The notes: generated by a model not told the origin, from the letters alone. A DNA stretch of 64,000 bases from Candidatus Omnitrophota bacterium (GCA_030681595.1 JAUXSB010000008.1:25587-89586); one strand, 5' to 3'; positions 37,264-47,499 are shown, counted from the first letter of the stretch. Numbers and translations are program-made.

Positions 37264-37291
37264 TTGCATAATTTTTTAATTATGGTATAAT
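37264..37291 (+). promoter_or_regulatory. candidate sigma-70 promoter (TTGCAT -16- TGgTATAAT, extended -10) upstream of por operon
   Basis: Seen directly in the sequence, about 150 nt upstream of the porG GTG. Confidence 0.4.
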
Positions 37292-37442
37292 TTTTACTTC
37301 GCGTGCTTTAATTTTTTAAAATGAGGAAAAGATGAACCCCATTAGACCTCTGTGAGGTTAGCGGGATTTTGAAATATGGCGTTTGTGAGGTTGTAAATAG
37401 ACAATTTAGAAAAAGATACTTATTTTAGGGAGGTCTAACGGG

Positions 37443-37994
37443 GTGAAGGAAATCCGTATTCATGCCCGCGCAGGGCAGGGGGCGATAACAACAGCCGAGA
37501 TTCTTGGGCAGGCTTATTTTCAGGAAAATAAGTTTGCCTATGCCTTTCCGCATTTTGGCGCAGCACGTATGGGCGCTCCGATGAATGCCTTTGTGCGCGT
37601 GGATGAAAATCCGATAAGGCTAAGAAGCCAGGTGACCCAGCCTGATTATTTAATAGTTGCTGATCCTACCTTAATAATGCGCGGTTTTGATTGTTATTCT
37701 GGTTTTAAGGCGGATGGTATCGCGGTAATCAATACCAAAGAGGGTTTGGATATTCCGCAGCCTAAAGGAAAGCAAAAGATTTATCTAGTTCCAGCCAATG
37801 ATATTGCGATGAAGACAATCGGCAGGCCATTAGGCAACACGGTCTTGCTAGGTGCTTTTTCCGCGGCAACCAAAGAGATAAAATTGGAATCGCTTAATCA
37901 ATCAATAAAAGAAAGATTTTCCGGTAAAACCGCAGATTTAAATATTGAAGCGGCAAAACAGGGCTACGATTACATAAAGTCCGGTAAAACCTAA
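37443..37994 (+). CDS. porG: pyruvate/2-oxoacid:ferredoxin oxidoreductase gamma subunit
   Basis: GTG start. 'RAGQGAITTAEILGQA' is a POR gamma motif. Confidence 0.85.
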   Translation: MKEIRIHARAGQGAITTAEILGQAYFQENKFAYAFPHFGAARMGAPMNAFVRVDENPIRLRSQVTQPDYLIVADPTLIMRGFDCYSGFKADGIAVINTKEGLDIPQPKGKQKIYLVPANDIAMKTIGRPLGNTVLLGAFSAATKEIKLESLNQSIKERFSGKTADLNIEAAKQGYDYIKSGKT

Positions 37995-38002
37995 GGATTC
38001 AA

Positions 38003-38266
38003 ATGGCAAAAGTTAAGCATGATATAGGAATAGCAAAGCCGCGCTCGAGCCTGAACAATAAGACCGGCTCTTGGCGCACAGAGGCAAGGCCGAAATTTTT
38101 ACAGAAGAATTGCATTGGCTGTAAGATATGCCTGTTGATTTGCCCCGAGGGTTGTATTACAGGCGAGGCTAAGAATACCTATAATTGCGATTACTTGTAT
38201 TGCAAAGGCTGCGGCGAATGCGCGGTGATTTGCCCTAAAAAAGATATTGAGATGGTGAAAGAATGA
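38003..38266 (+). CDS. porD: pyruvate:ferredoxin oxidoreductase delta subunit (2x[4Fe-4S])
   Basis: Two CxxCxxCxxxCP motifs. Confidence 0.85.
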   Translation: MAKVKHDIGIAKPRSSLNNKTGSWRTEARPKFLQKNCIGCKICLLICPEGCITGEAKNTYNCDYLYCKGCGECAVICPKKDIEMVKE

Positions 38267-39423
38267 AACAGTTTATTGAAGGCTCAAAGGCAGTAGCATT
38301 GGCGGTTAAGCTAGCTCGTCCGGGAGTAATTTCGGCCTATCCAATTACTCCGCAGACACATATTGTGGAAGAATTAGCGCAGTTAATTGCTGATGGGGAA
38401 ATGAAAGCCGAATTTGTAAATGTTGAGAGCGAACATTCAGCGGCATCGGTAGTTTTGGGCTCAACTGCAACTGGCGTGCGTTCATTTACCGCGACCAGTT
38501 CTCAAGGGTTTCTCCTGATGATCGAAGTCTTGTTTAATATTGCCGGCATGCGCCTGCCGCTGGTGATGACCTGCGCAAACCGCGCTATTTCCGCTCCCTT
38601 AAACATCTGGAATGACCAGCAGGATTCAATGACGGCACGTGACAGCGGCTGGATTCAGCTTTATGCCGAGAATAATCAGGAAGTAGTGGATTTGCACATT
38701 CAGGCTTATAAGATTGCCGAGAATAAAGAAATAATGTTGCCGGTAATGGTTTGTATGGACGGGTTTATCTTAACCCACGGAGCAGAGGTAGTAGATATTC
38801 CGGATCAAACTTTGGTGGATAAATTTCTTCCCGCTTTTGAGTTGAGCGACAAATTAGATATAAATAACCCTAAGACTTTAGGCGCCTTTGCCGACCCCGA
38901 TCATTATACCGAGGCAAGGTATGCGATGCAGGTAGCTAATGATAACGCTTTGAAAATTATCCCGCAGGTTGCGGATGAATTTAAGAAAATTTTCGGCAGG
39001 GTTTCCGGAGGATTAATTGAGGGGTATAGAATAGAAGATGCCGAGCAGGTAATTGTTGCGATGGGTTCTGTGGTAGGCACAATCAAGGACGTTGTAGATG
39101 AGTTACGCGCCGAAGGCAAAAAGGCCGGTGTTTTAAAGATTGTTACTTATCGTCCGTTTCCTGCGGAGGTAGTTTATCGCGCGCTTAAGGACATCCCTCA
39201 GATTGCGGTATTAGAGAAGGCTGTTTCTTTAGGCGCTTCCGGGCCGTTGCATATTGATTTAAAATCAGTGCTATGCGGCAGGGAAGGAAAGATTTCCAGG
39301 GTAAGCGGTTTTGTGATCGGATTAGGCGGACGCGATATTACCAAAAATTCTATCCGTGAAGTATTTGATTCGTTATCTAAAGAAGAAGTTAGCTGCAAAT
39401 TTGTGGGTTTAAAACTAGGATAA
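38263..39423 (+). CDS. porA: pyruvate:ferredoxin oxidoreductase alpha subunit
   Basis: POR alpha family with motifs 'GYPITPQT' and 'SEHSAAS'. Confidence 0.9.
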   Translation: MKQFIEGSKAVALAVKLARPGVISAYPITPQTHIVEELAQLIADGEMKAEFVNVESEHSAASVVLGSTATGVRSFTATSSQGFLLMIEVLFNIAGMRLPLVMTCANRAISAPLNIWNDQQDSMTARDSGWIQLYAENNQEVVDLHIQAYKIAENKEIMLPVMVCMDGFILTHGAEVVDIPDQTLVDKFLPAFELSDKLDINNPKTLGAFADPDHYTEARYAMQVANDNALKIIPQVADEFKKIFGRVSGGLIEGYRIEDAEQVIVAMGSVVGTIKDVVDELRAEGKKAGVLKIVTYRPFPAEVVYRALKDIPQIAVLEKAVSLGASGPLHIDLKSVLCGREGKISRVSGFVIGLGGRDITKNSIREVFDSLSKEEVSCKFVGLKLG

Positions 39424-39426
39424 GTT

Positions 39427-40320
39427 ATGGCAGAAGCTTTTAAAACATTATTTAGCCCCGGGCATACGGCTTGCGCAGGGTGCGGGCAGGCAATCGCCGC
39501 GCGTCTAGTGGTGGATACCGCGGGAGCCAACACTATCATTGCCAATAACACCGGATGCCTTGAAGTTTTTTCTGCTAAATATCCTGAGACTGCATGGGGA
39601 GTCCCCTGGATACATTCTTTGTTTGAGAATGCCGCGGCAGTTGCTTCAGGGATAGAGGCAGCACTTAAGTATTTAGGGCTAAAAGATAAGATAAATATAA
39701 TTGCCCAGGCCGGAGACGGCGGCACCGCCGATATAGGGCTGCAGGCGCTTTCCGGGATGTGGGAGAGGGGGCACGATATACTATATGTCTGTTACGATAA
39801 CGAGGCCTACATGAATACCGGCGTGCAGCGTAGTGGGCTTACGCCTTTTGAAGCTAATACTTCTACCAGTCCGATAGGAAAAATATTGGCTACGGGGAAT
39901 TTGCGCCCCAAAAAACCGATGCCGGAGATTGCTTTTGCCCACGGTATTCCTTATGTAGCTACGGCTTCGGTGGGGTATCCTCAGGATATACAGCGAAAAG
40001 TAAAAAAAGCTTTGGCTATAAAAGGACCAAAATATATCCAGATACATGTTTCTTGCCCCTTAGGCTGGCGGCATGCGCCAAATTTAACCCTTGATGTAAG
40101 TAAGCTTGCTGTTGAGACCGGGCTTTACCCTTTGATAGAGTATGAAAACGGAAAGCTCACACAGGTCAGAAAGCTTACTAAAGTTAAGCCTGTGGAAGAA
40201 TATTTGAAGTCGCAAGGCAGGTTTAAACATATCTTAAATTCTCCGGATGCAATAAAATTAATTCAGGCGATAGCCGATAGCAATATTGAAAAATACGGCC
40301 TTATTGAAAAAAAGGCATGA
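39427..40320 (+). CDS. porB: pyruvate:ferredoxin oxidoreductase beta subunit (TPP-binding)
   Basis: 'CAGCG', a 'GDGG' TPP motif and an Fe-S Cys residue. Confidence 0.9.
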   Translation: MAEAFKTLFSPGHTACAGCGQAIAARLVVDTAGANTIIANNTGCLEVFSAKYPETAWGVPWIHSLFENAAAVASGIEAALKYLGLKDKINIIAQAGDGGTADIGLQALSGMWERGHDILYVCYDNEAYMNTGVQRSGLTPFEANTSTSPIGKILATGNLRPKKPMPEIAFAHGIPYVATASVGYPQDIQRKVKKALAIKGPKYIQIHVSCPLGWRHAPNLTLDVSKLAVETGLYPLIEYENGKLTQVRKLTKVKPVEEYLKSQGRFKHILNSPDAIKLIQAIADSNIEKYGLIEKKA

Positions 40321-40326
40321 TTTGGT

Positions 40327-40704
40327 ATGCTTGATAAAAAAAATATTCTTATTGTAGAAGATGAAAAGGATATGGTTGGCCTTCTCACGGTGCGGCTTGC
40401 AAATTTGGGCTACGAGGTAATGGCAGGCTACGACGGACAGGCGGGTTTAGCTTTGGCACAAAAGTATAGCCCGGATTTAATCGTTTTAGATTTAATGCTT
40501 CCCAAGCTAAACGGTTATAAGGTCTGCCGCATGCTTAAATTTGATGAAAAATACAAGAATATCTTCATTGTTATTTATTCGGCCCGTTCACAGGAAAGGG
40601 ATAAACAGTTGGCCGATGAATGCGGCGCGGATGCTTATATTGCTAAAACTTCGGGACAGGAAATATTAGTAGACCAGATTAAAAAATTACTTAGTTTACA
40701 ATAG
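40327..40704 (+). CDS. orphan response-regulator receiver domain protein (CheY-like)
   Basis: Conserved residue pattern DE...D...K. The phospho-acceptor D lies in 'LIVLDLMLP'. Confidence 0.8.
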   Translation: MLDKKNILIVEDEKDMVGLLTVRLANLGYEVMAGYDGQAGLALAQKYSPDLIVLDLMLPKLNGYKVCRMLKFDEKYKNIFIVIYSARSQERDKQLADECGADAYIAKTSGQEILVDQIKKLLSLQ

Positions 40705-40716
40705 GGGGTAAAAAAA

Positions 40717-40899
40717 ATGGCAAAGGTAACAGTAGATGTGTCAACATGCGTAGGATGTGGTTTGTGTGAACAGAACTGCCCCGATGTGTTTTACGTAAAA
40801 GATGACGGTATAGCCTATGTTAAGGCCAATAGTTGTTCGTCTTGCGATTTAAAAGAAGTGGCAGAGCAGTGCCCGGTTGCGGCAATAAAACTAGAATAA
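40717..40899 (+). CDS. small ferredoxin
   Basis: Motif 'CVGCGLCEQNCP' plus a second partial cluster motif 'CSSCD...CP'. Confidence 0.7.
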   Translation: MAKVTVDVSTCVGCGLCEQNCPDVFYVKDDGIAYVKANSCSSCDLKEVAEQCPVAAIKLE

Positions 40900-40901
40900 T
40901 T

Positions 40902-42431
40902 CTATCGATATAGATTTGGATTGTAGTCTTGGCTGATGAAGTTTACAAGTTTAGCCTTGCCTTTTAATTCCTGCATAAATTTCATAAAAGCTTCTTCTTT
41001 CTTTTGCGAAAGTAATTTATCCGTAACATCTTGGCGTTCTTTCGCGAATTTTTCTTTATCAATCCCGATGAATTCTTTAATTCCTAAAATAATATAGAAG
41101 TTTTTATTTATTTCGATAATATCGTTGATGTTATTGTTGACATTGCTAATGGCGGAAGCGTCGGCCACCTCCGGTATGCCTTGCGTAAGATTAAAAGCAG
41201 AAGCCGCAAATTCTTCAGACACGCCTATTCCTTCAATAGGGCTATTTCTTTTAAAAAGCGGGCTCTCCTTTATCTTTAAGCCTAAATCTTTAGCTATTAT
41301 AGGGAAGGTTCCTTTAGGTTTCTTGGCATATCCGTCTTTGAGTTGGGTTAATATTTCTGTCGCTTTATCCTGGGCCATCAAATAGCATTTTTTATCGCGC
41401 AAGGCGTTAATTATCAAATCTCTTACTTCGTTGGTTTCAGGCAGATAAGCCTCTTTTTTGCTTTTTAACCTTAAAATATATACTCCGTTAGGAGCTTCTA
41501 AAGGCGGGCTTATTTCATCTAACGAAAGGCCGAAACAAAGCTTGTTTATTTCAACAGAGTCTCCGATGCCGGGGATGAAGCCGTCTTGCAAGAAGAATCC
41601 GGTTTCCCGGATACTTAAAGACTGTTCTTTGGCTATCCTTGCAAAATCATCGGGGTTTTTAATATTCGTTTTTAATTGCTGAAGTTTTTCTTTGATTTTG
41701 TCTTTATCCTGCTCATTTGCGGAATAATCAATACCTAAATATTCTATATTTACGCTGGCAGGCCGCAGGAATGAGCTTTTTTCTTTATCGAAATATTCTT
41801 TTATTTCCTCATCTTTTATTTTAATTTCTCCCGCATAATCTGTAGGAGAAATTAAAAGATATTCTACTTTTATCTCTTCATTTTCCTTTTTGTATTCTGC
41901 TTCTATTTCCTGGCCGCTTATGTTTATGCCTTCAGTAAGTTCTTCGTAGAGCTTGGATATTCTCAAAGAATCGCGCAGGTTTTCTTCAAAGGCGCGCGCA
42001 GAAGTCTTTAAAACGTAGCGCATGGCATAATCATAAATTTTTTGATCAAATGAATTATTTTTTTGGAAGATAGGCATTTTTCCGATAGTATTAATTATTT
42101 TGCTATCTTCAATTTTTATCCTTCTTTTATCTGATTCATAGAGTAAAATTAGCCTGTCCCATGCCTGTTGCGGCAGATTCAGGTATTTTTCTAATCTTTC
42201 CGCATTTTCGCCCAATTGCATCAGCATCTGCGTCTTTACAGCCAAAAAAGAATTATTATATTCGCTAAATCCGATTTTCCTGCCGAAAATCTTTCCGGCA
42301 TAATTAACTTTTCCTTTTTTTTCTCTGATCAGGCCGCCCGCCCCCCAGAAAATAAAAGGCGGTATAATAATAATTGCCAATGTCCATAATATTCTTTTTG
42401 CGGTTTTTCTTTTACGTAATTGTTTTAACAT
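40902..42431 (-). CDS. periplasmic chaperone PpiD/SurA-like (peptidyl-prolyl isomerase family)
   Basis: N-terminal TM anchor, a SurA-N-like region and a parvulin-like region. Confidence 0.65.
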   Translation of the reverse strand: MLKQLRKRKTAKRILWTLAIIIIPPFIFWGAGGLIREKKGKVNYAGKIFGRKIGFSEYNNSFLAVKTQMLMQLGENAERLEKYLNLPQQAWDRLILLYESDKRRIKIEDSKIINTIGKMPIFQKNNSFDQKIYDYAMRYVLKTSARAFEENLRDSLRISKLYEELTEGINISGQEIEAEYKKENEEIKVEYLLISPTDYAGEIKIKDEEIKEYFDKEKSSFLRPASVNIEYLGIDYSANEQDKDKIKEKLQQLKTNIKNPDDFARIAKEQSLSIRETGFFLQDGFIPGIGDSVEINKLCFGLSLDEISPPLEAPNGVYILRLKSKKEAYLPETNEVRDLIINALRDKKCYLMAQDKATEILTQLKDGYAKKPKGTFPIIAKDLGLKIKESPLFKRNSPIEGIGVSEEFAASAFNLTQGIPEVADASAISNVNNNINDIIEINKNFYIILGIKEFIGIDKEKFAKERQDVTDKLLSQKKEEAFMKFMQELKGKAKLVNFISQDYNPNLYR

Positions 42432-42600
42432 AATCTTGCTCCTTTTTGAGAGGTATGCATTTTAGAATACATAGTATAAAAGTTATTCTAAGGCAGGTCA
42501 ATATTTTTCTTTACAAAGGAAGGTCTAAAATGTATAATATCTATCTGTTTTAGACAGTATCTGTAAAATCTATTTTTCTAACGGGAGCTATAACTATATT

Positions 42601-43473
42601 ATGAAACTAAAGCTTGGTATACCCAAAGGGAGCTTGCAGCAGGCGACCGTCAATGTTTTTAAAAAGGCCGGTTTTGAGATCAGGGTCAGCGAGCGGTCTT
42701 ATACGCCGTCAATAGACGATCTCGAAATCGAACCTTTCTTAATCAGGGCGCAAGAAATTTCCCGCTATGTAGAAGAAGGTGTGTTGGACTGCGGTATTAC
42801 AGGCAATGACTGGATTCTGGAAAATAAATCTAAGGTTTTGAGGATTCTCGACCTTGCTTACGCAAAACAGACGACAAATCCTGTGCGCTGGGTTTTAGCT
42901 GTGTCTGATGATTCTCGAATCAGAAAAGCGCAAGACCTTAACGGTAAGAGAGTGGCAACGGAATTGGTTGGTGTAACCAAGGATTATTTAAAGAAGCATA
43001 AAGTAAATGCCCATGTTGAATTTAGTTGGGGAGCAACTGAGGTAAAAGTCAAGACGGGTTTAGTCGATGCAATTGTGGAATTAACCGAAACAGGTTCGAG
43101 TCTCCGGGCAAATAACCTCAGGATTATTGATACCGTATGCGTTTCTACTACACAATTTATTGCCAATAAGAACGCCTATCAAAATAAATGGAAGAAGGAA
43201 AAAATGTCGCAGCTGGCATTGTTGTTGTCAGGGGCGATTGCGGCAGAAGGCAAGGTCGGCATTAAGATGAATGTCGGCAAGAAAAACATTAAAAGAATTA
43301 TTTCGCTTCTCCCTGCTTTAAAGAATCCTACGGTTTCTTCTTTAAGCCGCGGGGAATGGTATGCGGTTGAAACAGTAGTGGAGGAGAAGATAGTGCGTTC
43401 TCTTGTCCCGCGCCTGAAAAATGCCGGTGCCGAAGATATTATTGAATATCCGTTAAATAAAGTGATATACTAA
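42601..43473 (+). CDS. hisG: ATP phosphoribosyltransferase (long form with C-terminal regulatory domain)
   Basis: HisG family, about 290 aa. Confidence 0.9.
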   Translation: MKLKLGIPKGSLQQATVNVFKKAGFEIRVSERSYTPSIDDLEIEPFLIRAQEISRYVEEGVLDCGITGNDWILENKSKVLRILDLAYAKQTTNPVRWVLAVSDDSRIRKAQDLNGKRVATELVGVTKDYLKKHKVNAHVEFSWGATEVKVKTGLVDAIVELTETGSSLRANNLRIIDTVCVSTTQFIANKNAYQNKWKKEKMSQLALLLSGAIAAEGKVGIKMNVGKKNIKRIISLLPALKNPTVSSLSRGEWYAVETVVEEKIVRSLVPRLKNAGAEDIIEYPLNKVIY

Positions 43474-43480
43474 GTAATTA

Positions 43481-43522
43481 GAAACCAGTAATACCCTGTT
43501 GGGTACAGGCCAGAAACCAGAG
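43481..43522. repeat. short repeat family B, copy 1 (gaaaccagtaataccctgttgggtacaggccagaaaccagag)
   Basis: An inverted copy with about 85% identity lies at 49565-49608. Confidence 0.5.
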
Positions 43523-43574
43523 TTATTTTTTCGGCAACTAGTATTTGGTTTCTATTGAACGAAGTGAGGGTTAG

Positions 43575-43676
43575 ATGCCTTGTGGAAGGAAAAGGAAGTT
43601 AAGGAAAATAAAGACGCATAAAAGAAAAAAAATGCGTAAGAAACTCAGACATTTGAAGAAGAGAGCCTGGGGATAA
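43575..43676 (+). CDS. 33-aa highly basic peptide, candidate ribosomal protein bS22-like
   Basis: Sequence MPCGRKRKLRKIKTHKRKKMRKKLRHLKKRAWG with RBS GTGAGGG upstream. Composition and length match bS22. It is under 60 aa and therefore absent from the track. Confidence 0.45.
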   Translation: MPCGRKRKLRKIKTHKRKKMRKKLRHLKKRAWG

Positions 43677-43708
43677 AAAATAGGCCTTGCTAAGCGGGCG
43701 GAATTTAA

Positions 43709-44689
43709 ATGTCTCTGTTTTCTGGTAAAATAGCTAAAACATCACTCCTTGCCGTTTTAGGGATTGTGTTTTTTGTGAGTTGTCTTAGTGCTTCTTCCGA
43801 AAAAGATAAGCAGGCTTACCTGCATTATCTTTTAGGCGCTATTTCCGATAGGTCAAATAATACAGGTCAAGCGATAGAGCATTACAAGTCCGCAAGTAGA
43901 TCAGATTCCGCTTCGGCGAAGATCCATTTTAATTTAGGTAACGAGTATTTAAAGCTAAATAAACTGGATTTAGCTCTCCTGGAGTTGAATTCCGCAATTA
44001 CTTTAGACCCGGATAATTTAGAGGCCAGGTTTGTTCTTGCCTTAGTCTATTTATCCCTCCAGAAAAATAATGAAGCGGCAGAGCAGTACGAGTATATATT
44101 AAAGAAGCAATCAGAGCTAGAGCCTGATAACATAGAAATAATTGCGTCTTTAGCTCAGCTTTATTATCGGCAGAAAAAGGTTGATGAAGCTATAACGCAA
44201 TACAGGCATTTGATAAAAGTTGCCCCGGATAAAGCGGAAGCCTATTTGTTTTTGGGAGAATTACTAAGCGGTTCAGGCAATATCGATGCCGGTATCAATA
44301 ATGTTAAAAAGGCGCTTGAACTTAAACCGGATTATCCCCAGGCAAAAAATTCTTTAGGGTATTTATATGCCCAAAAAGGCGAGAAATTAGACGAAGCCCT
44401 TGTTTTAGTTAAAGAGGCCCTAGAGAAAGACGCGGATAATGCCGCGTATATTGACAGTTTAGGATGGGTATATTTTAAGAAAAACTTGTTAGATGAGGCG
44501 ATAAAGCATTTAGAGAGAGCGGCAATGATTTTGGAAGATGTTGTAATTTATGACCATTTAGGCGATGCTTATTCTGCCAAGGGCCTATATGAAAAGGCCG
44601 AAGAAATATGGCAGAAAGCTTTAGTTGCAGATCCTGCTCAAGAAAAAATTAGAGAAAAATTGAATGCCTTACAGCGAAAAACGAATTAA
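43709..44689 (+). CDS. TPR-repeat protein with signal peptide
   Basis: Multiple 34-aa TPR-like repeats and an N-terminal signal sequence. Confidence 0.6.
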   Translation: MSLFSGKIAKTSLLAVLGIVFFVSCLSASSEKDKQAYLHYLLGAISDRSNNTGQAIEHYKSASRSDSASAKIHFNLGNEYLKLNKLDLALLELNSAITLDPDNLEARFVLALVYLSLQKNNEAAEQYEYILKKQSELEPDNIEIIASLAQLYYRQKKVDEAITQYRHLIKVAPDKAEAYLFLGELLSGSGNIDAGINNVKKALELKPDYPQAKNSLGYLYAQKGEKLDEALVLVKEALEKDADNAAYIDSLGWVYFKKNLLDEAIKHLERAAMILEDVVIYDHLGDAYSAKGLYEKAEEIWQKALVADPAQEKIREKLNALQRKTN

Positions 44690-45488
44690 AGAATTAGAGC
44701 ATATTGCTAAGAGAATCCGTTATAAAATAGTACAGATGATTTCTTGCGCGGGAAGCGGGCATCCCGGAGGAAGCTTATCGGCGACGGACTTGGTAACTGC
44801 GCTCTTTTTTAATGTGTTAAAATATAACCCTAAAGATCCGAATTGGCCGGACCGGGACAGGTTTCATATGTCTAAGGGGCATTGTTGCCCGCTCTGGTAT
44901 GCGGCGCTGGCTGAGGTAGGTTATTTTTCCGCCGATACTTTAAATACTTTAAGAAAATTGGGAAGTTGTTTTCAGGGGCACCCCGACAGGCGCACCCCCG
45001 GTATAGAGGTGCCTTCAGGGTCTCTGGGGCAAGGCTTATCTGTAGCTTTAGGAATGAGCCTAGCGGCAAGAATAGACAAAAAGGCTTACCGGGTTTATTG
45101 CCTTTTGGGTGACGGTGAGATACAGGAGGGCAATATCTGGGAAGCGGCAATGGCGAGCGCCCATTATTGCTGTGACAATATCTGCGCGATCCTCGACTAT
45201 AACGGCTTTCAGATCGATGGCTGTATAAAAGACGTGATGAACCTGGAGCCATTGGTAGATAAATGGCGGGCCTTTGGATGGCATACGATAGGTATAAACG
45301 GCCATAATATGAATGAGATTTTAGAAGCCTATGATGAGGCAAAGACAATCAAAGGAAAGCCGACTATTATTATTGCCCGAACCATAAAAGGCAAGGGTGT
45401 ATCATTTATGGAAAACGTAGTTGATTTTCACGGCAGGGCCCCGACAAAAGAAGAGACGGAGATAGCGTTGAGGGAATTGTCATCATAA
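44664..45488 (+). CDS. tkt: transketolase, N-terminal subunit (TPP-binding)
   Basis: 'SGHPGGSLSATD' and 'GDGE' TPP motifs. Confidence 0.85.
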   Translation: MPYSEKRIKELEHIAKRIRYKIVQMISCAGSGHPGGSLSATDLVTALFFNVLKYNPKDPNWPDRDRFHMSKGHCCPLWYAALAEVGYFSADTLNTLRKLGSCFQGHPDRRTPGIEVPSGSLGQGLSVALGMSLAARIDKKAYRVYCLLGDGEIQEGNIWEAAMASAHYCCDNICAILDYNGFQIDGCIKDVMNLEPLVDKWRAFGWHTIGINGHNMNEILEAYDEAKTIKGKPTIIIARTIKGKGVSFMENVVDFHGRAPTKEETEIALRELSS

Positions 45489-45598
45489 AATGACTAATGT
45501 CGAAATCCGAATGACGAATAAATTTGTAAATGCTATAATATTCAATTTGAATTAGATAATTAATTCGACATTCGTCATTAGGAATTCGGAATTTTATT

Positions 45599-46525
45599 AT
45601 GGAACTATTATACCAGCGCGACGTATACGGCAAAGCTTTAGTTGAATTAGGCAAAACGAATCCGGATATTGTAGTTTTAGATGCGGATTTATCCAGTTCA
45701 ACCCGCACTAAAATGTTTGCTAAGGCGTATCCGGAAAGATTTTTTAATTTCGGAGTTGCCGAGCAGAATATGATGGCAGCCGCCGCAGGCCTTGCCAGTT
45801 GCAATAAGACAGTCTTTGTTTCTACTTTTGCTGTGTTTGCTACCGGAAGAGCCTGGGATCAAGTGAGGACATCTATTGCCTACCCGAAGTTTAATGTAAA
45901 AATTGTCGCTACTCACAGCGGCGTTACCGTGGGTCCGGACGGAGCAACACACCAGGCTTTAGAGGATATTTCTTTAATGCGTGTTTTACCGGGTATGACT
46001 GTAGTTGTCCCATGCGACGGGCCGGAAACTTATGATGCGGTACTGGCAAGCGTAAAACATCCCGGGCCGTTTTATATCAGGTTAGGCAGGGATAAAGTGC
46101 CAACCATAGAGAATAAAGGCGAATTTAAGCTAGCTAAAGCGTCCAAGATTTGCGATGGCAATGATGTGGCCATTATTGCCTGCGGGGCAATGGTGAATAT
46201 AGCCTGCCAGGCTATAAAATCCGAAGCGCTTAAAAAAGTTTCATGCCGCCTTTTAAACATGCATACCATTAAACCTATAGATAGGGAAGCGATCATTTGT
46301 GCCGCTAAAGAAACCAGAGCAATTGTGGTTGTTGAGGAACACTCTGTAATCGGCGGCCTCGCCTCTGCAGTAGATGAAGTGGTTTCAGAGAATTATCCTA
46401 CCAGAGTCGTTAGGTTGGGGATAAAAGATAGATTTGGCCAGTCGGGTCAACCGCAGGAATTACTCAAAGAGTATAATTTAACAGAGGCGGATATTATCGC
46501 TAGCGTAAAAAAAGCCCTTGTTTAG
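45599..46525 (+). CDS. tkt: transketolase, C-terminal subunit
   Basis: Pyrimidine-binding and C-terminal domains; 'FGVAEQNM' is present. Confidence 0.85.
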   Translation: MELLYQRDVYGKALVELGKTNPDIVVLDADLSSSTRTKMFAKAYPERFFNFGVAEQNMMAAAAGLASCNKTVFVSTFAVFATGRAWDQVRTSIAYPKFNVKIVATHSGVTVGPDGATHQALEDISLMRVLPGMTVVVPCDGPETYDAVLASVKHPGPFYIRLGRDKVPTIENKGEFKLAKASKICDGNDVAIIACGAMVNIACQAIKSEALKKVSCRLLNMHTIKPIDREAIICAAKETRAIVVVEEHSVIGGLASAVDEVVSENYPTRVVRLGIKDRFGQSGQPQELLKEYNLTEADIIASVKKALV

Positions 46526-46534
46526 CCGGATCCG

Positions 46535-47398
46535 ATGAAGAAAATAATCATCAAGTCTCCTGCCAAAATCAATCTGTACTTAGAAATAATCAATAAAAGG
46601 CCGGATGGTTACCATAACATAAAGACTGTATTCGAAAGGATAAGCCTTTGCGATAGGGTAACAATTAGTATTATACCAGAAAACAAAATAGAAGTTTTAT
46701 GTAGTAACCCTGATGTCCCATCCGACAAAACCAACCTTGCTTTTAAGGCAGCCCAGCTTTTAAAAGAAGGTTTATCCATTCGATCCGGCATAAGGATCAA
46801 AATAGAAAAAAATATTCCTGTGGCGGCAGGGTTAGGCGGCGGTTCAAGCAATGCCGCGAGTGTGCTTTTGGGGTTAAACCGCCTGCTGCAGCTTAAGTTA
46901 GATAAAAAAAGTATGGTGAAATATGCCTCTAGACTGGGTGCCGATGTAGCCTTTTTCGTAAATGAAGAGCCCTTTGCGTTAGGTACAAAACGGGGCGATG
47001 TCATTAAGCCTTTGCAAATAAAAAATTCATTCTGGCATGTCTTGGCGGTTCCGAAGATAACGGTTTCTACCAGAGAGATTTATGAATCATACAGAAAAGA
47101 TTTAAGATTGACAAAACAACAATTTAATATTAAAATACTATCTTCTGCTTTAACCAGAGGCGATATACCCCTGCTTGGCCGTTTAATCTATAATGACCTT
47201 GAGGCGGTTACTACAAAAAGATACAAGCGGGTGGCTAAAATTTTAGGCATTTTAAAGCAATTTGGTGTCGCTTCATGCATGTCCGGGAGCGGGCCGTCTG
47301 TATTTGTTGTTGCCGCAGATAGAGATGAGGCAGAAAGAATAGCAGGCAGTCTTTACCGGCTTAAAGATATAAATATTTTTGTAGTACGTACTTATTGA
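46535..47398 (+). CDS. ispE: 4-diphosphocytidyl-2-C-methyl-D-erythritol kinase
   Basis: GHMP kinase with 'PAKINLYL' and a 'PVAAGLGGGSSNAA' ATP motif. Confidence 0.85.
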   Translation: MKKIIIKSPAKINLYLEIINKRPDGYHNIKTVFERISLCDRVTISIIPENKIEVLCSNPDVPSDKTNLAFKAAQLLKEGLSIRSGIRIKIEKNIPVAAGLGGGSSNAASVLLGLNRLLQLKLDKKSMVKYASRLGADVAFFVNEEPFALGTKRGDVIKPLQIKNSFWHVLAVPKITVSTREIYESYRKDLRLTKQQFNIKILSSALTRGDIPLLGRLIYNDLEAVTTKRYKRVAKILGILKQFGVASCMSGSGPSVFVVAADRDEAERIAGSLYRLKDINIFVVRTY

Positions 47399-47499
47399 TA
47401 CGAGGAGCATATTCACGCTTCATAATCTATTTAAAAATTATCGTGGGTAATTTTTAAGTATTCGGCGGGATCAACTCGGCGCCATTGGCGTGGTCATTG

